A DNA stretch of 64,000 nucleotides. Source: Gemmatimonadota bacterium. Lineage in GTDB: Bacteria; Gemmatimonadota; Gemmatimonadetes; Gemmatimonadales; Gemmatimonadaceae. Below the pieces are notes generated by a model. That model had not been told where the DNA came from. It saw only the letters and a program-made list of their open reading frames with translations, and ran no database searches. Within the stretch, counting starts at the first letter, position 1. Every line of letters starts with the position of its first letter. Location of the stretch: contig JAZJZK010000020.1 of the NCBI GenBank assembly GCA_040389905.1, positions 32,001 to 96,000 on the forward strand. The letters run 5' to 3'. Below, piece by piece: positions 28,273 through 39,008 of the stretch. The position numbers and the translations under genes were made by a program.

Positions 28273-29961
28273 TTACGGGATCGAGTCAATCACGATGGGC
28301 GCGATGGTTAGGCGGCCTGTCACGGGCAGCCGTTTCGTTGCCGGCTTCCACTTCCTCCGTCCTGCGCTGATGGTGATCGTCGCGTCCAGCGTTGAGTCGC
28401 AGAACTGGAAGATCCCATCGGTACCCGTCCCAAAGCTGCCCACAAAGCTGCCAGAAAGCTGATCCGTCGTCTTGATGGCGTGGAGAGGCAGCGCATCGGT
28501 GGTGACGCCGACGGCCACTTCGGGGAGTGGACTTCCTTGCCGATTGAAGACTCGCCCGAGAACAAGAGTGGTGTCGACCGACACGTAGCGGCGTGTTGCC
28601 GCGCAACGCGCGATCACCCAGTCCTCCGCCGTGGGAATGCCATGGCTGGCATGCACGATCGAATCGTTCGCTGCCATGAAGCTGAACGTCGTTGGAATGT
28701 CCAGTTTGAGCGGCGCGAGACGCGGATCGATCACCAGGAGCGAGTACGGACCGCTGATGAGATCATCGATGGCAAAGACACCGGCGGAATCTACGACCGC
28801 GCGATACGGCGAGTACGGGAGATACATCTCCGTGCCTGCCGCTGACCGGCCATCCAGGAGGCGCACGGTGAGACGCAGCTTGCCGAGCGACGCATGCCAT
28901 GCGCGGCCATCCGGCCAGAGCGCGTGGGCCACCTGCCCGCCTTTCTCGAACGCAAACAGCCTCTCCTCGATCTTCGGCTCGTAGCCGGCGGTGCGGAGGG
29001 TGTCATAGCGCGCGCTGATGATGCGCATCGTCCAATTCTCGATCAATGTCTGGCCGTCGGTCAGTTCGCGAAAATTGATCTTTCCGCCAGGCTCGAGTAT
29101 CTGGACGCGCGAAGGAAAGCCGGCGTACCGGTAGTCGATGTCACGCAGTTGGCGAGCGGAGGTATCAATCCACACCACCCCGTCAATGTCGATGCGATCT
29201 CGACGCTGATCGACCGCCTTGAAGCCAAGCCCAATCTGTTGCGGCCGTGACTTTTCCGGATCCATGATCCGAAAGCAATAGCCCAGGGCGAACTGGTCAT
29301 CGAGTAGCACCTCGGCATCCGGTGCGAAGTAGCGCGGCCCGCCATTCTCGTACTGCATGAAGCCGCGTTTCAGGAAGTCCGTCGCGGAGTAGACGGCGAC
29401 GTACGACCGCGCGACGTGGTCAACGGAATCACGGCGAACATCCTGGAACTTGATGCGCGAACTGGTGCCCTCCATGGTGCGCGCGACGCTGAACAATACG
29501 AGCGACGGCGGATCCGACTCGCGCTGCACGACACTCGTGAGCAGCCCGGCGCGCGCTTGCTCGAGCAGCGCCTGCGTCTCGGCGGCATCGCGTCGTCGTG
29601 GGCAACGCGGATTCGCAACCGCGACGACGGGCTCCAGGAGTGTCGGTAGCCACGCCAACGAAAGGTTGAACTCCGTGACCGCGCCGGTCTTGGCTGGGAG
29701 TTGGAGATCGCGCGGGCGAAAGCCAAGGCGTACCAGGCGCCCGCGCCGAGCGTCACCGAGAAAGGGTATCTCGTAAATTCCGTTCGCGTTGGATACGCCG
29801 CGCATGATAGCCTTGCCCGCCGAATCGAACAGCGTGATGACCGCGCCGGTGACCGGGCGCCGGCTTGCGCTGTCTCTTACCATGCCGCGCAGTTGCTGGG
29901 CGCCGGCAGGAACGGACACCGCAAGCAGCGCAGCACATATCCCGACGAAGAGTCTCCGCAT
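28273..29961 (-). CDS. Exported carboxypeptidase-regulatory-like domain protein, tandem paralog A
   Basis: ATG 29961 (MRRLFVG) aligns with paralog B start; 562 aa; same motifs. Confidence 0.8.
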   Translation of the reverse strand: MRRLFVGICAALLAVSVPAGAQQLRGMVRDSASRRPVTGAVITLFDSAGKAIMRGVSNANGIYEIPFLGDARRGRLVRLGFRPRDLQLPAKTGAVTEFNLSLAWLPTLLEPVVAVANPRCPRRRDAAETQALLEQARAGLLTSVVQRESDPPSLVLFSVARTMEGTSSRIKFQDVRRDSVDHVARSYVAVYSATDFLKRGFMQYENGGPRYFAPDAEVLLDDQFALGYCFRIMDPEKSRPQQIGLGFKAVDQRRDRIDIDGVVWIDTSARQLRDIDYRYAGFPSRVQILEPGGKINFRELTDGQTLIENWTMRIISARYDTLRTAGYEPKIEERLFAFEKGGQVAHALWPDGRAWHASLGKLRLTVRLLDGRSAAGTEMYLPYSPYRAVVDSAGVFAIDDLISGPYSLLVIDPRLAPLKLDIPTTFSFMAANDSIVHASHGIPTAEDWVIARCAATRRYVSVDTTLVLGRVFNRQGSPLPEVAVGVTTDALPLHAIKTTDQLSGSFVGSFGTGTDGIFQFCDSTLDATITISAGRRKWKPATKRLPVTGRLTIAPIVIDSIP

Positions 29962-30079
29962 GGCGCCCAAGGTATGGCCATTGCGACGGGACGGGAAGGA
30001 GCGGCGCACATTTCGGTATCCAAAGTTGTGAACGCCGCGACTGCTTTCTAAGACCGTTGACCCCCGATAGCTTCGGACC

Positions 30080-30568
30080 ATGCGACCCATGATACGCTCG
30101 ACGCTCTTTGCGGCCATTGCTTGCGCGACCTTCGCCTGCGCCTCCGGCGGTGGCCCAGAACCAGCGGCCATGCAGCCCGTTGCCGGTGAAGAGAAGTCCC
30201 TGGACGGCCTCCACTACGTCGACGTCACGCCGGGCTCTGGAGCCGCCGCTGCGAGGCTGCAGTGCGTTTACGTGCACTACACCGGCTGGCGTGCAAATGG
30301 GCGTCAGTTCGAGACCTCCCGCGGAGGAGACCCCGTCTCGTTCGTGCTCGGCGTGGGAACGGTGATGCCGGGGTGGGACATCGGCATCGCGGGCATGAAG
30401 GTCGGCGGCCAGCGGCGTCTCATGATTCCCGCGCGTCTGGCGTATGGAGACAAAGGCAAGGCGCCGTCCATTCCTGGAGGCGCGTCGCTGGTCTTCGATA
30501 CGGAGCTCATGGCGGTGACGGATGCGCCGGGCGGCAGGGCGTGCCCAGCGTGGAAAGACGTGCGATAA
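30080..30568 (+). CDS. FKBP-type peptidyl-prolyl isomerase, probable lipoprotein
   Basis: TFAC lipobox; VHYTG, F.LG..V.PGWD.GI.GMKVGG.R.L.IP..LAYG, IP....LVFD.EL. Confidence 0.92.
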   Translation: MRPMIRSTLFAAIACATFACASGGGPEPAAMQPVAGEEKSLDGLHYVDVTPGSGAAAARLQCVYVHYTGWRANGRQFETSRGGDPVSFVLGVGTVMPGWDIGIAGMKVGGQRRLMIPARLAYGDKGKAPSIPGGASLVFDTELMAVTDAPGGRACPAWKDVR

Positions 30569-30583
30569 GAGCGTGAGGTGCGG

Positions 30584-30761
30584 AACTACAACAGCCTGAA
30601 CGCAGAGGTCGCAGAGAAACTGCAACAGCCGCGGAGGTCGCAGAGGACAACTCACGCAGTCCTCTGTGAACCTATGTGGTTCATTTCGTTTGGTGCAGTT
30701 CCGCAGTCCTCTGCGACCTCTGCGAAACCTCTACGTCCTCTGCGTTAAGGCGGTTGCAGTT
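30584..30761. repeat. Inverted CGCAGAGG/CCTCTGCG repeat cluster between convergent genes (possible bidirectional terminator)
   Basis: aactacaacagcctgaacgcagagg pairs imperfectly with cctctgcgttaaggcggttgcagtt; several 9-bp periodic units. Confidence 0.75.
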
Positions 30762-30770
30762 GCTCTGCAG

Positions 30771-31241
30771 TTAGCCGAGCGCCTGCACCGCCGCTTCCAC
30801 TTCCGCGGCGTGCCCCTCGGGCTTCACTTTCTCGAAGACGCGCGCAATACGACCATCCTTGTCGATGACGAAGGTGGTGCGGTTCACACCGAAGTACTTG
30901 CGCCCGTACATCGACTTCTCGCCCCAGACGCCGTACAGGTTGCAGACCACCTGATCGGTGTCGGCGACGAGCGGGTAGTCGAGCCCGTACTTCTGCTTGA
31001 ACTTTACGTGCTTCTTCACGGGATCCGGACTGACGCCGATGATCGTCGCGTCGAGCCCCGCGAAACGCGGCAGCGCCGTCTGAAATCCGCACGCTTCCAC
31101 GGTGCAGCCCGACGTGTCGTCCTTCGGATAGAAGAACAGCACCACGGGCGACCCACGCAGTGACGAGAGTGTCAGCGTGCTTCCATCGTCGATGACCGCA
31201 GAGAAATCCGGCGCAATGTCGCCGGCCTTTGGAATGCTCAT
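30771..31241 (-). CDS. bcp: Thioredoxin-dependent peroxiredoxin (BCP/PrxQ)
   Basis: FYPKDDTSGCTVEAC, GVSPD, RTTFVID; ATGA overlap with argF. Confidence 0.93.
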   Translation of the reverse strand: MSIPKAGDIAPDFSAVIDDGSTLTLSSLRGSPVVLFFYPKDDTSGCTVEACGFQTALPRFAGLDATIIGVSPDPVKKHVKFKQKYGLDYPLVADTDQVVCNLYGVWGEKSMYGRKYFGVNRTTFVIDKDGRIARVFEKVKPEGHAAEVEAAVQALG

Positions 31242-32161
31242 GCCAACTCCTCGCCGCCGATGAGAACGGCCATGATTGCCTTCTGAATGTGCAGCCGATT
31301 CTCCGCTTCGTCCCACACGCGGCTCTGCGGTCCGTCGATGACTTCCGCTGCGACCTCCTCCCCGCGATGGGCGGGGAGACAGTGCAGGAAGATGGCGTCG
31401 GAGGACGCGCGCTTCATGAGGGTCCCGTTGACGGTGAATCCGGCGAAATCACGCTCGCGCTTCTTTTGTTCGTCCTCCTGGCCCATGCTCGCCCACACAT
31501 CTGTGTTGACGACGTGCGCGCCCTCCATCGCCTCGGCGGGATCGCGCGTGAGGGTGATCTTGGCGTGACCCTTCGCGCGTTCGAGCAAATGATCCGCCGG
31601 CTCGTACCCCTCGGGGCACGCGAGTGCGAGCTCGAAACCCAGGCGGTACGCGGCGTTGATCCACGAGTTCGCCATGTTGTTGCCATCGCCGATCCACGCC
31701 ACCTTTTTCCCGCTCATCCCGCCAAGGTGCTGCCGGATCGTCAGGACGTCGGCGAGGATCTGGCACGGGTGCAGCAGGTCGGTCAGGCCATTGATAACGG
31801 GAACCCCCGAGTACTTCGCGAGTTCCTCGACGTCCTGATGGGCGAAGGTACGAATCATGATGCCGTCGACGTAACGCGACAGCACACGCGCCGTGTCCGC
31901 AATCGGTTCACCTCGGCCGAGCTGTACATCGCGCGGCGAGAGGAAGAGCGCGCGTCCGCCGAGTTGGTAGGTACCCACCTCGAAGGACACGCGGGTGCGC
32001 GTCGATGCCTTCATGAAGATCATCGCCAGCGTCTTGCCGTCCAGCGGCTTGGCGGTGTATTCGCCGCGGCGCATGCGTTCGGCAAGGAGGAACAACGCCT
32101 CGAGCTCCGAGGCGGAAAAATCGGGAATCGCGAGAAAGTCGCGATGCGGTCGGTCGGCCAT
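31238..32161 (-). CDS. argF: Ornithine carbamoyltransferase
   Basis: STRTR, HPCQ, GDGNN, TDVWASMG, HCLP, AENRLH. Confidence 0.96.
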   Translation of the reverse strand: MADRPHRDFLAIPDFSASELEALFLLAERMRRGEYTAKPLDGKTLAMIFMKASTRTRVSFEVGTYQLGGRALFLSPRDVQLGRGEPIADTARVLSRYVDGIMIRTFAHQDVEELAKYSGVPVINGLTDLLHPCQILADVLTIRQHLGGMSGKKVAWIGDGNNMANSWINAAYRLGFELALACPEGYEPADHLLERAKGHAKITLTRDPAEAMEGAHVVNTDVWASMGQEDEQKKRERDFAGFTVNGTLMKRASSDAIFLHCLPAHRGEEVAAEVIDGPQSRVWDEAENRLHIQKAIMAVLIGGEELA

Positions 32162-32162
32162 G

Positions 32163-33650
32163 TTAGAGAATGTACTTCCGCAGGTCCTCGTCTTCCACAA
32201 TGGACTTGAGCTTCTCCCGAACGGCTTCGGCATTCACGACGATCTTCTTCACAGAGGGATCGGGAAGATCGAAGAGCGAGTCCTCGAGCTGCGTCGTCAT
32301 CACGGTGTGCAACCGCCGCGCACCGATGTTCTCCATGCGGGAGTTGACGGTCGCGGCAATCTTCGCGATCTCCGCGATGCCGTCTTCCGTGAACTCCAGC
32401 GTCGCCCCGTCGGCGGCGACGAGTGCCGCGTACTGCTTGGTGAGTGCGTTCTCCGGCTCCGTCATGATGCGCACGAAGTCCGCCTCGGTGAGCGATTTGA
32501 GCTCGACGCGGATGGGAAAGCGGCCCTGTAACTCCGGAATGAGGTCCGACGGTTTCGACACGTGAAAGGCGCCGGCCGCCACGAAGAGGATGTGATCGGT
32601 CTTCACCATTCCATACTTCGTCTGCACGTTCGAGCCTTCGACGATTGGCAGGAGGTCGCGCTGCACGCCTTCGCGCGACACATCCGGCCCGCCCATCTGG
32701 CTCTTCTCACCGGCGATCTTGTCGATCTCGTCGAGGAAGACGATGCCGAGTGTCTCGACGCGTTCGAGTGCGTCGGCGGTAACGTCTTCCATGTCGACCA
32801 ACTTGTCGAACTCTTGCTCCAGTAGGATGCGCCGCGCCTCGGATACCTTGACCGTGCGCTTCTTCTTGCGCTGCGGCATCATGTTCTGGAGCATCTCGGT
32901 GAAGTTGCCCATGCTCTCCGGCGCACCCTGCGACGCGAACATGTCGAACATCGGCCCACCGCTCGGCGTCACTTCGATTTCGACTTCGCGCTGGTCGAGT
33001 TGTCCGTCGAGCAGGAGTTGTCTCAGCTTGTCGCGCGTGCGCTTGTAGCGCTCCATGGCCGCGTCAGGCGAGCCTTCCTGCATGACGTCGCCGCTGCTCG
33101 AGACGACGAAGACGCCACCAATGTCGCCGGCCGAGGCAAGGGTCGGCTCGGGTGCGGGCTCCTCGGGCGCGGCCTTCGCGGCGTCGGCGGGCGGCGTCGG
33201 CGGCGGCAGCAGGAGGTCGAGGAGCAGGTCGTCGACCCGCTCGTTCGCGAGATCCTCGACTTCGCTCTCTCGCTCCTGGCGTACCATTTCGATAGCGCTG
33301 TCGACGAGATCGCGAATCATGCCTTCCACGTCGCGGCCAACGTAGCCGACCTCGGTGAACTTCGACGCTTCGACCTTGATGAATGGCGCGCCCGTCAACT
33401 TCGCGAGGCGACGGGCGATCTCGGTTTTGCCGACGCCCGTGGGGCCGATGAGGATGATGTTGTTCGGCGAGATCTCGTCGCGGATGGCTTCCGGCGCCTG
33501 CTGGCGGCGCCAGCGATTGCGGAGCGCAATCGCGACGGCCTTCTTGGCATCTGCCTGCCCAACGATATAGCGATCGAGCTCGGCGACGATTTGTCGCGGG
33601 GTCAAGTCGGCGAGGCGCGCGAGCGCCTGCTGCGTGCGAGGCGACGACAT
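32163..33650 (-). CDS. hslU: ATP-dependent protease ATPase subunit HslU
   Basis: [53 protein letters not shown]. Confidence 0.97.
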   Translation of the reverse strand: MSSPRTQQALARLADLTPRQIVAELDRYIVGQADAKKAVAIALRNRWRRQQAPEAIRDEISPNNIILIGPTGVGKTEIARRLAKLTGAPFIKVEASKFTEVGYVGRDVEGMIRDLVDSAIEMVRQERESEVEDLANERVDDLLLDLLLPPPTPPADAAKAAPEEPAPEPTLASAGDIGGVFVVSSSGDVMQEGSPDAAMERYKRTRDKLRQLLLDGQLDQREVEIEVTPSGGPMFDMFASQGAPESMGNFTEMLQNMMPQRKKKRTVKVSEARRILLEQEFDKLVDMEDVTADALERVETLGIVFLDEIDKIAGEKSQMGGPDVSREGVQRDLLPIVEGSNVQTKYGMVKTDHILFVAAGAFHVSKPSDLIPELQGRFPIRVELKSLTEADFVRIMTEPENALTKQYAALVAADGATLEFTEDGIAEIAKIAATVNSRMENIGARRLHTVMTTQLEDSLFDLPDPSVKKIVVNAEAVREKLKSIVEDEDLRKYIL

Positions 33651-33651
33651 G

Positions 33652-34197
33652 TCAGTTCGCCTCGAGTACGGTGATATTGGTGTTCGTGTACACGCAGATT
33701 TCGCCGGCGATCGTCAGGCTCTGCCGTACGATTTCGGCGGCGCTGAGCGTGGTGTTCGCGGCGAGGGCGCGCGCCGCGGCCAGTGCGTACGCGCCGCCCG
33801 ATCCGATCGCGAGAATGCCGTCGTCGGGCTCGATGAGCTCGCCCGTTCCGGAAATGATGTAACCGTGCGCCGCGCTCGCTACGACGAGCAGCGCTTCGAG
33901 GCGTCGGAGCACGCGGTCGCTCCGCCAGTCCTTGGCCAACTCGACCGCCGCGCGCGGCACGTTGCCAGGATATCGTTGGAGCTTCTCCTCGAACTTCTCG
34001 AAGAGCGTAAGGGCATCGGCGGCGGAGCCGGCAAAACCGGCGAGCAGCTTTCCATCACCGATGGCGCGAACCTTGTTTGCCTTGGCTTTCATGACCGTGT
34101 CGCCCACGGTCACCTGTCCATCGCCACCGAGTGCGACGGTGCCGTTCCGGCGAACGGCGAGGATGGTCGTTGCGCGGATGCGCGGGAGTTCTGACAT
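33652..34197 (-). CDS. hslV: ATP-dependent protease peptidase subunit HslV
   Basis: TTILAV, GDGQVT, GFAG, IGSGG, ICVYTN. Confidence 0.97.
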   Translation of the reverse strand: MSELPRIRATTILAVRRNGTVALGGDGQVTVGDTVMKAKANKVRAIGDGKLLAGFAGSAADALTLFEKFEEKLQRYPGNVPRAAVELAKDWRSDRVLRRLEALLVVASAAHGYIISGTGELIEPDDGILAIGSGGAYALAAARALAANTTLSAAEIVRQSLTIAGEICVYTNTNITVLEAN

Positions 34198-34212
34198 GCT
34201 TGAAAGTTAGCG

Positions 34213-34620
34213 TCAGGACCGCGTTTTCTTCGAGTTGTCCTTCGGCTGGAGGGGCATGCCATTGGGCCGGGGCGCGGGCTTGGGGGTGGGCGCCGACTGT
34301 CCCGGCTCACCACGGCGGAGGCTGCCGCGGTTCACGATGCGGTCGCGGAGATAGCGCTTGTTCGCGAAACCACCCAACAGGAAGAGTACCGTTCCGGCGA
34401 TCACAGCGACCGTTCCATACTTCCAGGTATCCCGACCGATCAGCGCTGCGGCCATGCAGAGGACGGCAATGCCGATACAGGCTTCTCCGGGAATGCTGCG
34501 TTCGGTTCGCGCGCGTCGGCGACGGTCGCTGCCGAATGGGATGTCTTCGGGGAGCCATGCGTCGGCGAGAATCGCCAGCCCCATGAGGGCGACGATGGCA
34601 CCGATGATCAGGGGGATCAT
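34213..34620 (-). CDS. Hypothetical membrane protein (3 TM)
   Basis: MIPLIIGA start; hydrophobic segments flanking DRRRRAR. Confidence 0.68.
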   Translation of the reverse strand: MIPLIIGAIVALMGLAILADAWLPEDIPFGSDRRRRARTERSIPGEACIGIAVLCMAAALIGRDTWKYGTVAVIAGTVLFLLGGFANKRYLRDRIVNRGSLRRGEPGQSAPTPKPAPRPNGMPLQPKDNSKKTRS

Positions 34621-34694
34621 TTCAACTCGAAACACGCAAGCTCCAGCGGCCGGGTGCTGTCGTATCAAAGCGATCTTCGTGCCTGACTGCGGCA

Positions 34695-34863
34695 CGCTCA
34701 CCTGCGGCTCGCTTGACGGCTCGCTCACCGCGTTCGCTGGACAGGTGACTGCCCGCTCGCTTACGCTCGCTTGACGGAAACTGCATACGTCTGCCGTTTT
34801 ACCGTCGAGCGAGGTGCCGCGCACCGAGCGGGCTGTCCAGCGAGCCGCAGGCGAGCGAGCCGT
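34695..34863. repeat. Imperfect inverted repeat of GCTCGC/GCGAGC units
   Basis: acggctcgctcaccgcgttcgctggacag pairs with ctgtccagcgagccgcaggcgagcgagccgt. Confidence 0.75.
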
Positions 34864-34865
34864 TG

Positions 34866-36650
34866 TTACTCGAGGAGTGAGCCAAACACCGCGTCGGATT
34901 GGATGCCGCCCTCTATCGCCTCGAGGGCCTTCTCAATCTCCGCGCGCGACCACCGAACGGCCGCGCGATACAACATGCGATAGCCCACGACGGTGAGCCC
35001 CACCAACCCGAGGCCTGTCGACACCGCAGGAATGCCGACCGCCAGAATGGAGAGTACCGCGAAGGTCTTCGTCGTAACCGTCGCGGCGACCAGCGAACCG
35101 GCCGCTCCGACGAGGCCACTGATGGCGCCCGACGCGTACACATTGCGACGGATGCCCGGCCGGAGGTCGCAGAACACCGTGACCTCGGTCGAGCCAGCGT
35201 CGCCCGACAACGCGCGCATGGTGACCTGAAGCTGCGTGGCTTCCAGCGCATTCCGAGTGTGATACCACTCAGAAATGTACCCGCCATCGGCATTCATTTT
35301 CGCCTTGGGGGGAAGGTCGAACACAAGGACGCCGCTATCGAGTGGGTGCCCGCCAAGGGGTGCGCGCGGCATGAGTGACCATGGCGCTGCGCGCCACACG
35401 CTGCCCATTGCGCGCAACACGCGCGCGGGCGGCGCGTGGATCACCCGCGTAACCGAAAAGCTCTTGTCATTCGTGCCGAGCATCATCGATGCATGGCGCT
35501 CGGTACGGTCGACATCGTGAGGTTCTGTGACGACGGGCGCTCCCCGCGCATTGCGCGGCATCTCGGCGAGTGCGAGATCGATGAACTGAGCCGAGATCCC
35601 TGCCTCGACGGCGGCCTGCCGCACTCGTTCGATGGGATGTCCGCTTCCGGGGGTTGGATGCGAGCCGGAGTTCACCACGAGCGCCGAGTTCGCGCGTCGG
35701 GTATCGATTCGCGAGAGCGTCTCCGCCTGCAATTGCGCCGCGCGGCGCCAGAGCGCCTCCGCTGCACGCTCGGAGATGATGGTATCGCCTCTGCTTTCTT
35801 CCTCACGCGAGTGTTGCGATGCCGTGTCCAATGCCTTGGAGAGCGCCTCCGCGAGCGCCTCACCACTCGCATAGCGCGCGTCGGGGTTCTTTGCGAGGCA
35901 GCGATCGACGACGGCACCGATCGCCTGCGGCACGTTCGGCGCCACGGCACAGAGGGCCGGCGCCGGCCGCGTGACGTTCGCGACGAGGACGGCGTGTGCT
36001 GCGAGCCCGTCGAAAGGCAGGCGTCCGCTCAGCAGGTAGAAGGCGACGACGCCGAGTGCGTACAGATCGCTGCGTCCATCCAGCGCGTCGCCGCTCGACT
36101 GCTCGGGTGACATGTAGTGGACGGTACCGAGGACGTTGCCGGTGGCGGTCAGGTTCTCAGCGTTGAGATCGCGCGCGATACCAAAATCCGTCACGATGGC
36201 GCGGCCCGTCGCTCGCTCGACGAGGATGTTCTCAGGTTTTACATCGCGATGAATCACTCCGCGCGCGTGAGCGTAGGCGAGCGCCCATGCGACGTCGCGC
36301 AGCCACGGAATGACGTCACCCGGCGGAAGTGGCCCACGCGCCGCGACGCGCTCTGCGAGACTCTCACCGTCCACGTACCCCATGATGAAGTAGGCACGTC
36401 CATCCGTGTCCGCTGCGCCGTGAATGGGAATGATGTTCGGGTGCGAGAGTTGCGCCGCCGTGCGCGCTTCACGAAGAAAGCGCGTGCGCGAATCGTCCGA
36501 TGCATGCGCGGGGAGAAACTTGATCGCGACAAGGCGATCGAGGCGGCGGTCGCGCGCGAGCACCACCACCCCCATTCCGCCACGTCCGAGCTCGCGCACA
36601 AGATCGAACTCTCGCGCGATGGCGGATCGCAGGTCGTCGATCTCGTCCAT
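34866..36650 (-). CDS. Hanks-type Ser/Thr protein kinase with C-terminal TM segments
   Basis: GRGGMG, VAIK, HRDVKPEN, DFG, GTVHYMSPEQ, DLYALG. Confidence 0.93.
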   Translation of the reverse strand: MDEIDDLRSAIAREFDLVRELGRGGMGVVVLARDRRLDRLVAIKFLPAHASDDSRTRFLREARTAAQLSHPNIIPIHGAADTDGRAYFIMGYVDGESLAERVAARGPLPPGDVIPWLRDVAWALAYAHARGVIHRDVKPENILVERATGRAIVTDFGIARDLNAENLTATGNVLGTVHYMSPEQSSGDALDGRSDLYALGVVAFYLLSGRLPFDGLAAHAVLVANVTRPAPALCAVAPNVPQAIGAVVDRCLAKNPDARYASGEALAEALSKALDTASQHSREEESRGDTIISERAAEALWRRAAQLQAETLSRIDTRRANSALVVNSGSHPTPGSGHPIERVRQAAVEAGISAQFIDLALAEMPRNARGAPVVTEPHDVDRTERHASMMLGTNDKSFSVTRVIHAPPARVLRAMGSVWRAAPWSLMPRAPLGGHPLDSGVLVFDLPPKAKMNADGGYISEWYHTRNALEATQLQVTMRALSGDAGSTEVTVFCDLRPGIRRNVYASGAISGLVGAAGSLVAATVTTKTFAVLSILAVGIPAVSTGLGLVGLTVVGYRMLYRAAVRWSRAEIEKALEAIEGGIQSDAVFGSLLE

Positions 36651-36661
36651 TGATCTCTTCC

Positions 36662-37609
36662 TTACGCCCTGGGGTGCGACTTCTCGTACACTTGTTTGAG
36701 GCGCTCGACGCTCGTGTGCGTGTAGATCTGCGTCGTCGAAATCGACGAGTGGCCGAGTAACTCCTGGACCGCGCGAAGATCTGCCCCGTTGTCGAGCAGG
36801 TGCGTCGCAAAGGTGTGTCGCAGCGAGTGCACGCTGAGTCCCGCGTCCTCGTCAATTTCCGAGAGGAACGCGGAAACGACCTTCTGCACCATCCGCGGAC
36901 CGATCCGTTTTCCGGTGCGCGCGAGAAAGTATGCGCTGCGCTCGCCCTTCGGCCCAACAGTGCGCAAGAGTTCGTCGCGCTTCGATTCGTAGTTCCGGAG
37001 TGCGAGCATGGCGTGATCACCAACCGGGATGATGCGCTCCTTCCTTCCCTTCCCTCGCACCTTGACCTGCTGGCTGACGAGATCCAAGTCGCCGCGGCTC
37101 AACCCCTGGAGCTCCGAGAGACGCATGCCGGTCGAATAGAACAGCTCGAGGATCGCGAGGTTCCGCACGTCGCCAAAGTTGCCTTCCATTGCGCGCAACT
37201 CGGCCATCTGAAACAACAAGTCGATCTGCGCCCGATCGAGATAGCCGGGCAGGTATTTCTCGAGCTTGGGCGCGCCAACAGCCTTCGCCGGATTCACCTC
37301 GACCATCTCGTTGCGGTGCATCCAGCGGTAAAAACTTCGCACGCCGGAAAGGGTGCGTGAGATGGTACGCTTGCCCACGCCGCGGCGCGCAAGCTGCGCG
37401 AGGAAGCCACGCATCGCGAGACGATCGACGCTCTCCCACGTCCAACGTTCGGTACCGAAGAAGCCCGACACGAACTGGACGAATTCGTGCAAGTCGCGCT
37501 CGTACGCCTTGACCGTGTGCGGAGACACGTCGCGCTCCTTGGCGAGATGTCGCAGGTACTCCTGCACATCCGAGGGCGCTTCCGTTGCTCGCTCGGACGT
37601 CATGCTCAC
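36662..37609 (-). CDS. xerC: Tyrosine recombinase XerC
   Basis: S.HTVKAY..DL, YSTGMR.SE, GKGRKER, HSLRHTFATH, LGH, TTQIYTH; lies between trmFO and hslVU. Confidence 0.9.
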   Translation of the reverse strand: MSMTSERATEAPSDVQEYLRHLAKERDVSPHTVKAYERDLHEFVQFVSGFFGTERWTWESVDRLAMRGFLAQLARRGVGKRTISRTLSGVRSFYRWMHRNEMVEVNPAKAVGAPKLEKYLPGYLDRAQIDLLFQMAELRAMEGNFGDVRNLAILELFYSTGMRLSELQGLSRGDLDLVSQQVKVRGKGRKERIIPVGDHAMLALRNYESKRDELLRTVGPKGERSAYFLARTGKRIGPRMVQKVVSAFLSEIDEDAGLSVHSLRHTFATHLLDNGADLRAVQELLGHSSISTTQIYTHTSVERLKQVYEKSHPRA

Positions 37610-38949
37610 ACGCGCGCGCTACTCGCGAGGAGCACGTCGTCGCGCCAGCGTGTCATATGCTCGAGTGCCCGCGCGGCGAGCGCCTCCTTTTTCGCCCGCT
37701 TGTCTTTCACGCGTTTCTCGAGATCATCGACGAGCCCATAATTCGCGTTCATCGGCTGGAAGTGTCGCGGATCCGCTTCGCGCATGTAGCGGTAGAGGGC
37801 GCCCAGCATCGTCGTTGGTGGCGGCACGACAGGTTCATCGCCCGCGAGCAGGCGCGAGAGGTTGATACCGGCGAGCAACCCGGTGGCGGTGCTCTCGGTG
37901 TATCCCTCGACGCCGGTGAGCTGCCCGGCAAAGAGCGTCATCGGATCGTCGCGCAGCGCCAGGTGCGGCAGCAATGCGGCGGGCGCATTGAGATACGAGT
38001 TCCGATGGATCGAACCAAAGCGCAAGAACTCCGCGTTCTCGAGGCCGGGAATCATCCGAAACACGCGCTGCTGCTCCGGGTAGCGGAGCCGCGTTTGAAA
38101 ACCGACCAGATTCCACATGCGTCCACCGCGATCCTCCATGCGAAGCTGCACGATGGCATACGCTTCCCTGCCGGTGCGCGGGTCGGTCAATCCAACGGGC
38201 TTCATCGGCCCGAAGCGCAACGACTCGCGCCCTCGCTTCGCCATCTCCTCCGCGGGCATGCAGCCTTCGAAGTACGGCACGGCATCGAACTGGTGCGCGC
38301 TGGCCTGATCGGCCTGCGTGAGCGCATCGAGAAACAGCTCATACTGCTCGCGCGTCATCGGGCAATTGAGATAGGCGCCGTCGCCTTCGCCCTCCATCGT
38401 TTCCTTCCCGTAGCGCGACGCACGGAAGACGACGTCCAGATCGATCGAGTCGTAGTCGATGATCGGCGCGATGGCGTCATAGAAGGCCAACGACTCCACG
38501 CCAAGTCTCGATCGGATGTTTTCAGCGAGTGCCGAGGAGGTCAACGGTCCGGTCGCCACGATTCCCGGAGACGGTAGCTCCGTCGCCTCGCCACGCTCGA
38601 GCGTGATGCGCGGATGCGCGAGCACGCGTTCATGCGCCGCGGAGGAGAACACGTCGCGATCGACCGTGAGGGCACTTCCGCCGGGTACGCGCGCGCTGTC
38701 GGCGCACTCCAGGATCATCGAGCCGAGGAGGCGCATTTCCGCCTTGAGCAGGCCGTGTGCGTTGCTCGTTTCGGTGCTCTTGAAGGTGTTGGAACACACC
38801 AGTTCGGCGAGCCGGTCGGTCTTGTGGGCCTCGGTGGCGACGACGGGCCGCATTTCGTGCAGTACGACGTCGTGGCCGCGCTGCGCCAGTTGCCATGCGG
38901 CTTCGCTGCCGGCAAGTCCGCCGCCGATGATGTGAACGGGTTGGGGCAT
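37606..38949 (-). CDS. trmFO: tRNA (uracil-54) methyltransferase TrmFO
   Basis: GGGLAGSEAA, ELVCSN, ATGPLTS, FYDAIAP, FGPMKPVGL, GFQTRL, GVEGY, FQPMNAN. Confidence 0.97.
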   Translation of the reverse strand: MPQPVHIIGGGLAGSEAAWQLAQRGHDVVLHEMRPVVATEAHKTDRLAELVCSNTFKSTETSNAHGLLKAEMRLLGSMILECADSARVPGGSALTVDRDVFSSAAHERVLAHPRITLERGEATELPSPGIVATGPLTSSALAENIRSRLGVESLAFYDAIAPIIDYDSIDLDVVFRASRYGKETMEGEGDGAYLNCPMTREQYELFLDALTQADQASAHQFDAVPYFEGCMPAEEMAKRGRESLRFGPMKPVGLTDPRTGREAYAIVQLRMEDRGGRMWNLVGFQTRLRYPEQQRVFRMIPGLENAEFLRFGSIHRNSYLNAPAALLPHLALRDDPMTLFAGQLTGVEGYTESTATGLLAGINLSRLLAGDEPVVPPPTTMLGALYRYMREADPRHFQPMNANYGLVDDLEKRVKDKRAKKEALAARALEHMTRWRDDVLLASSARV

Positions 38950-39008
38950 GACTGCAATCTAGCTGGCTTGGGCGAACATACGTACGAACGTGCCGGGTAG
39001 AACCACAT

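Noticed and set aside
33060..33215. Pro/Ala-rich insertion in HslU
   Set aside because: Falls in the variable I-domain; ordinary.
36662..37609. XerC as integrase of the signalling island
   Set aside because: It sits in conserved trmFO-xerC-hslVU context outside the island, and I saw no att-like direct repeats.
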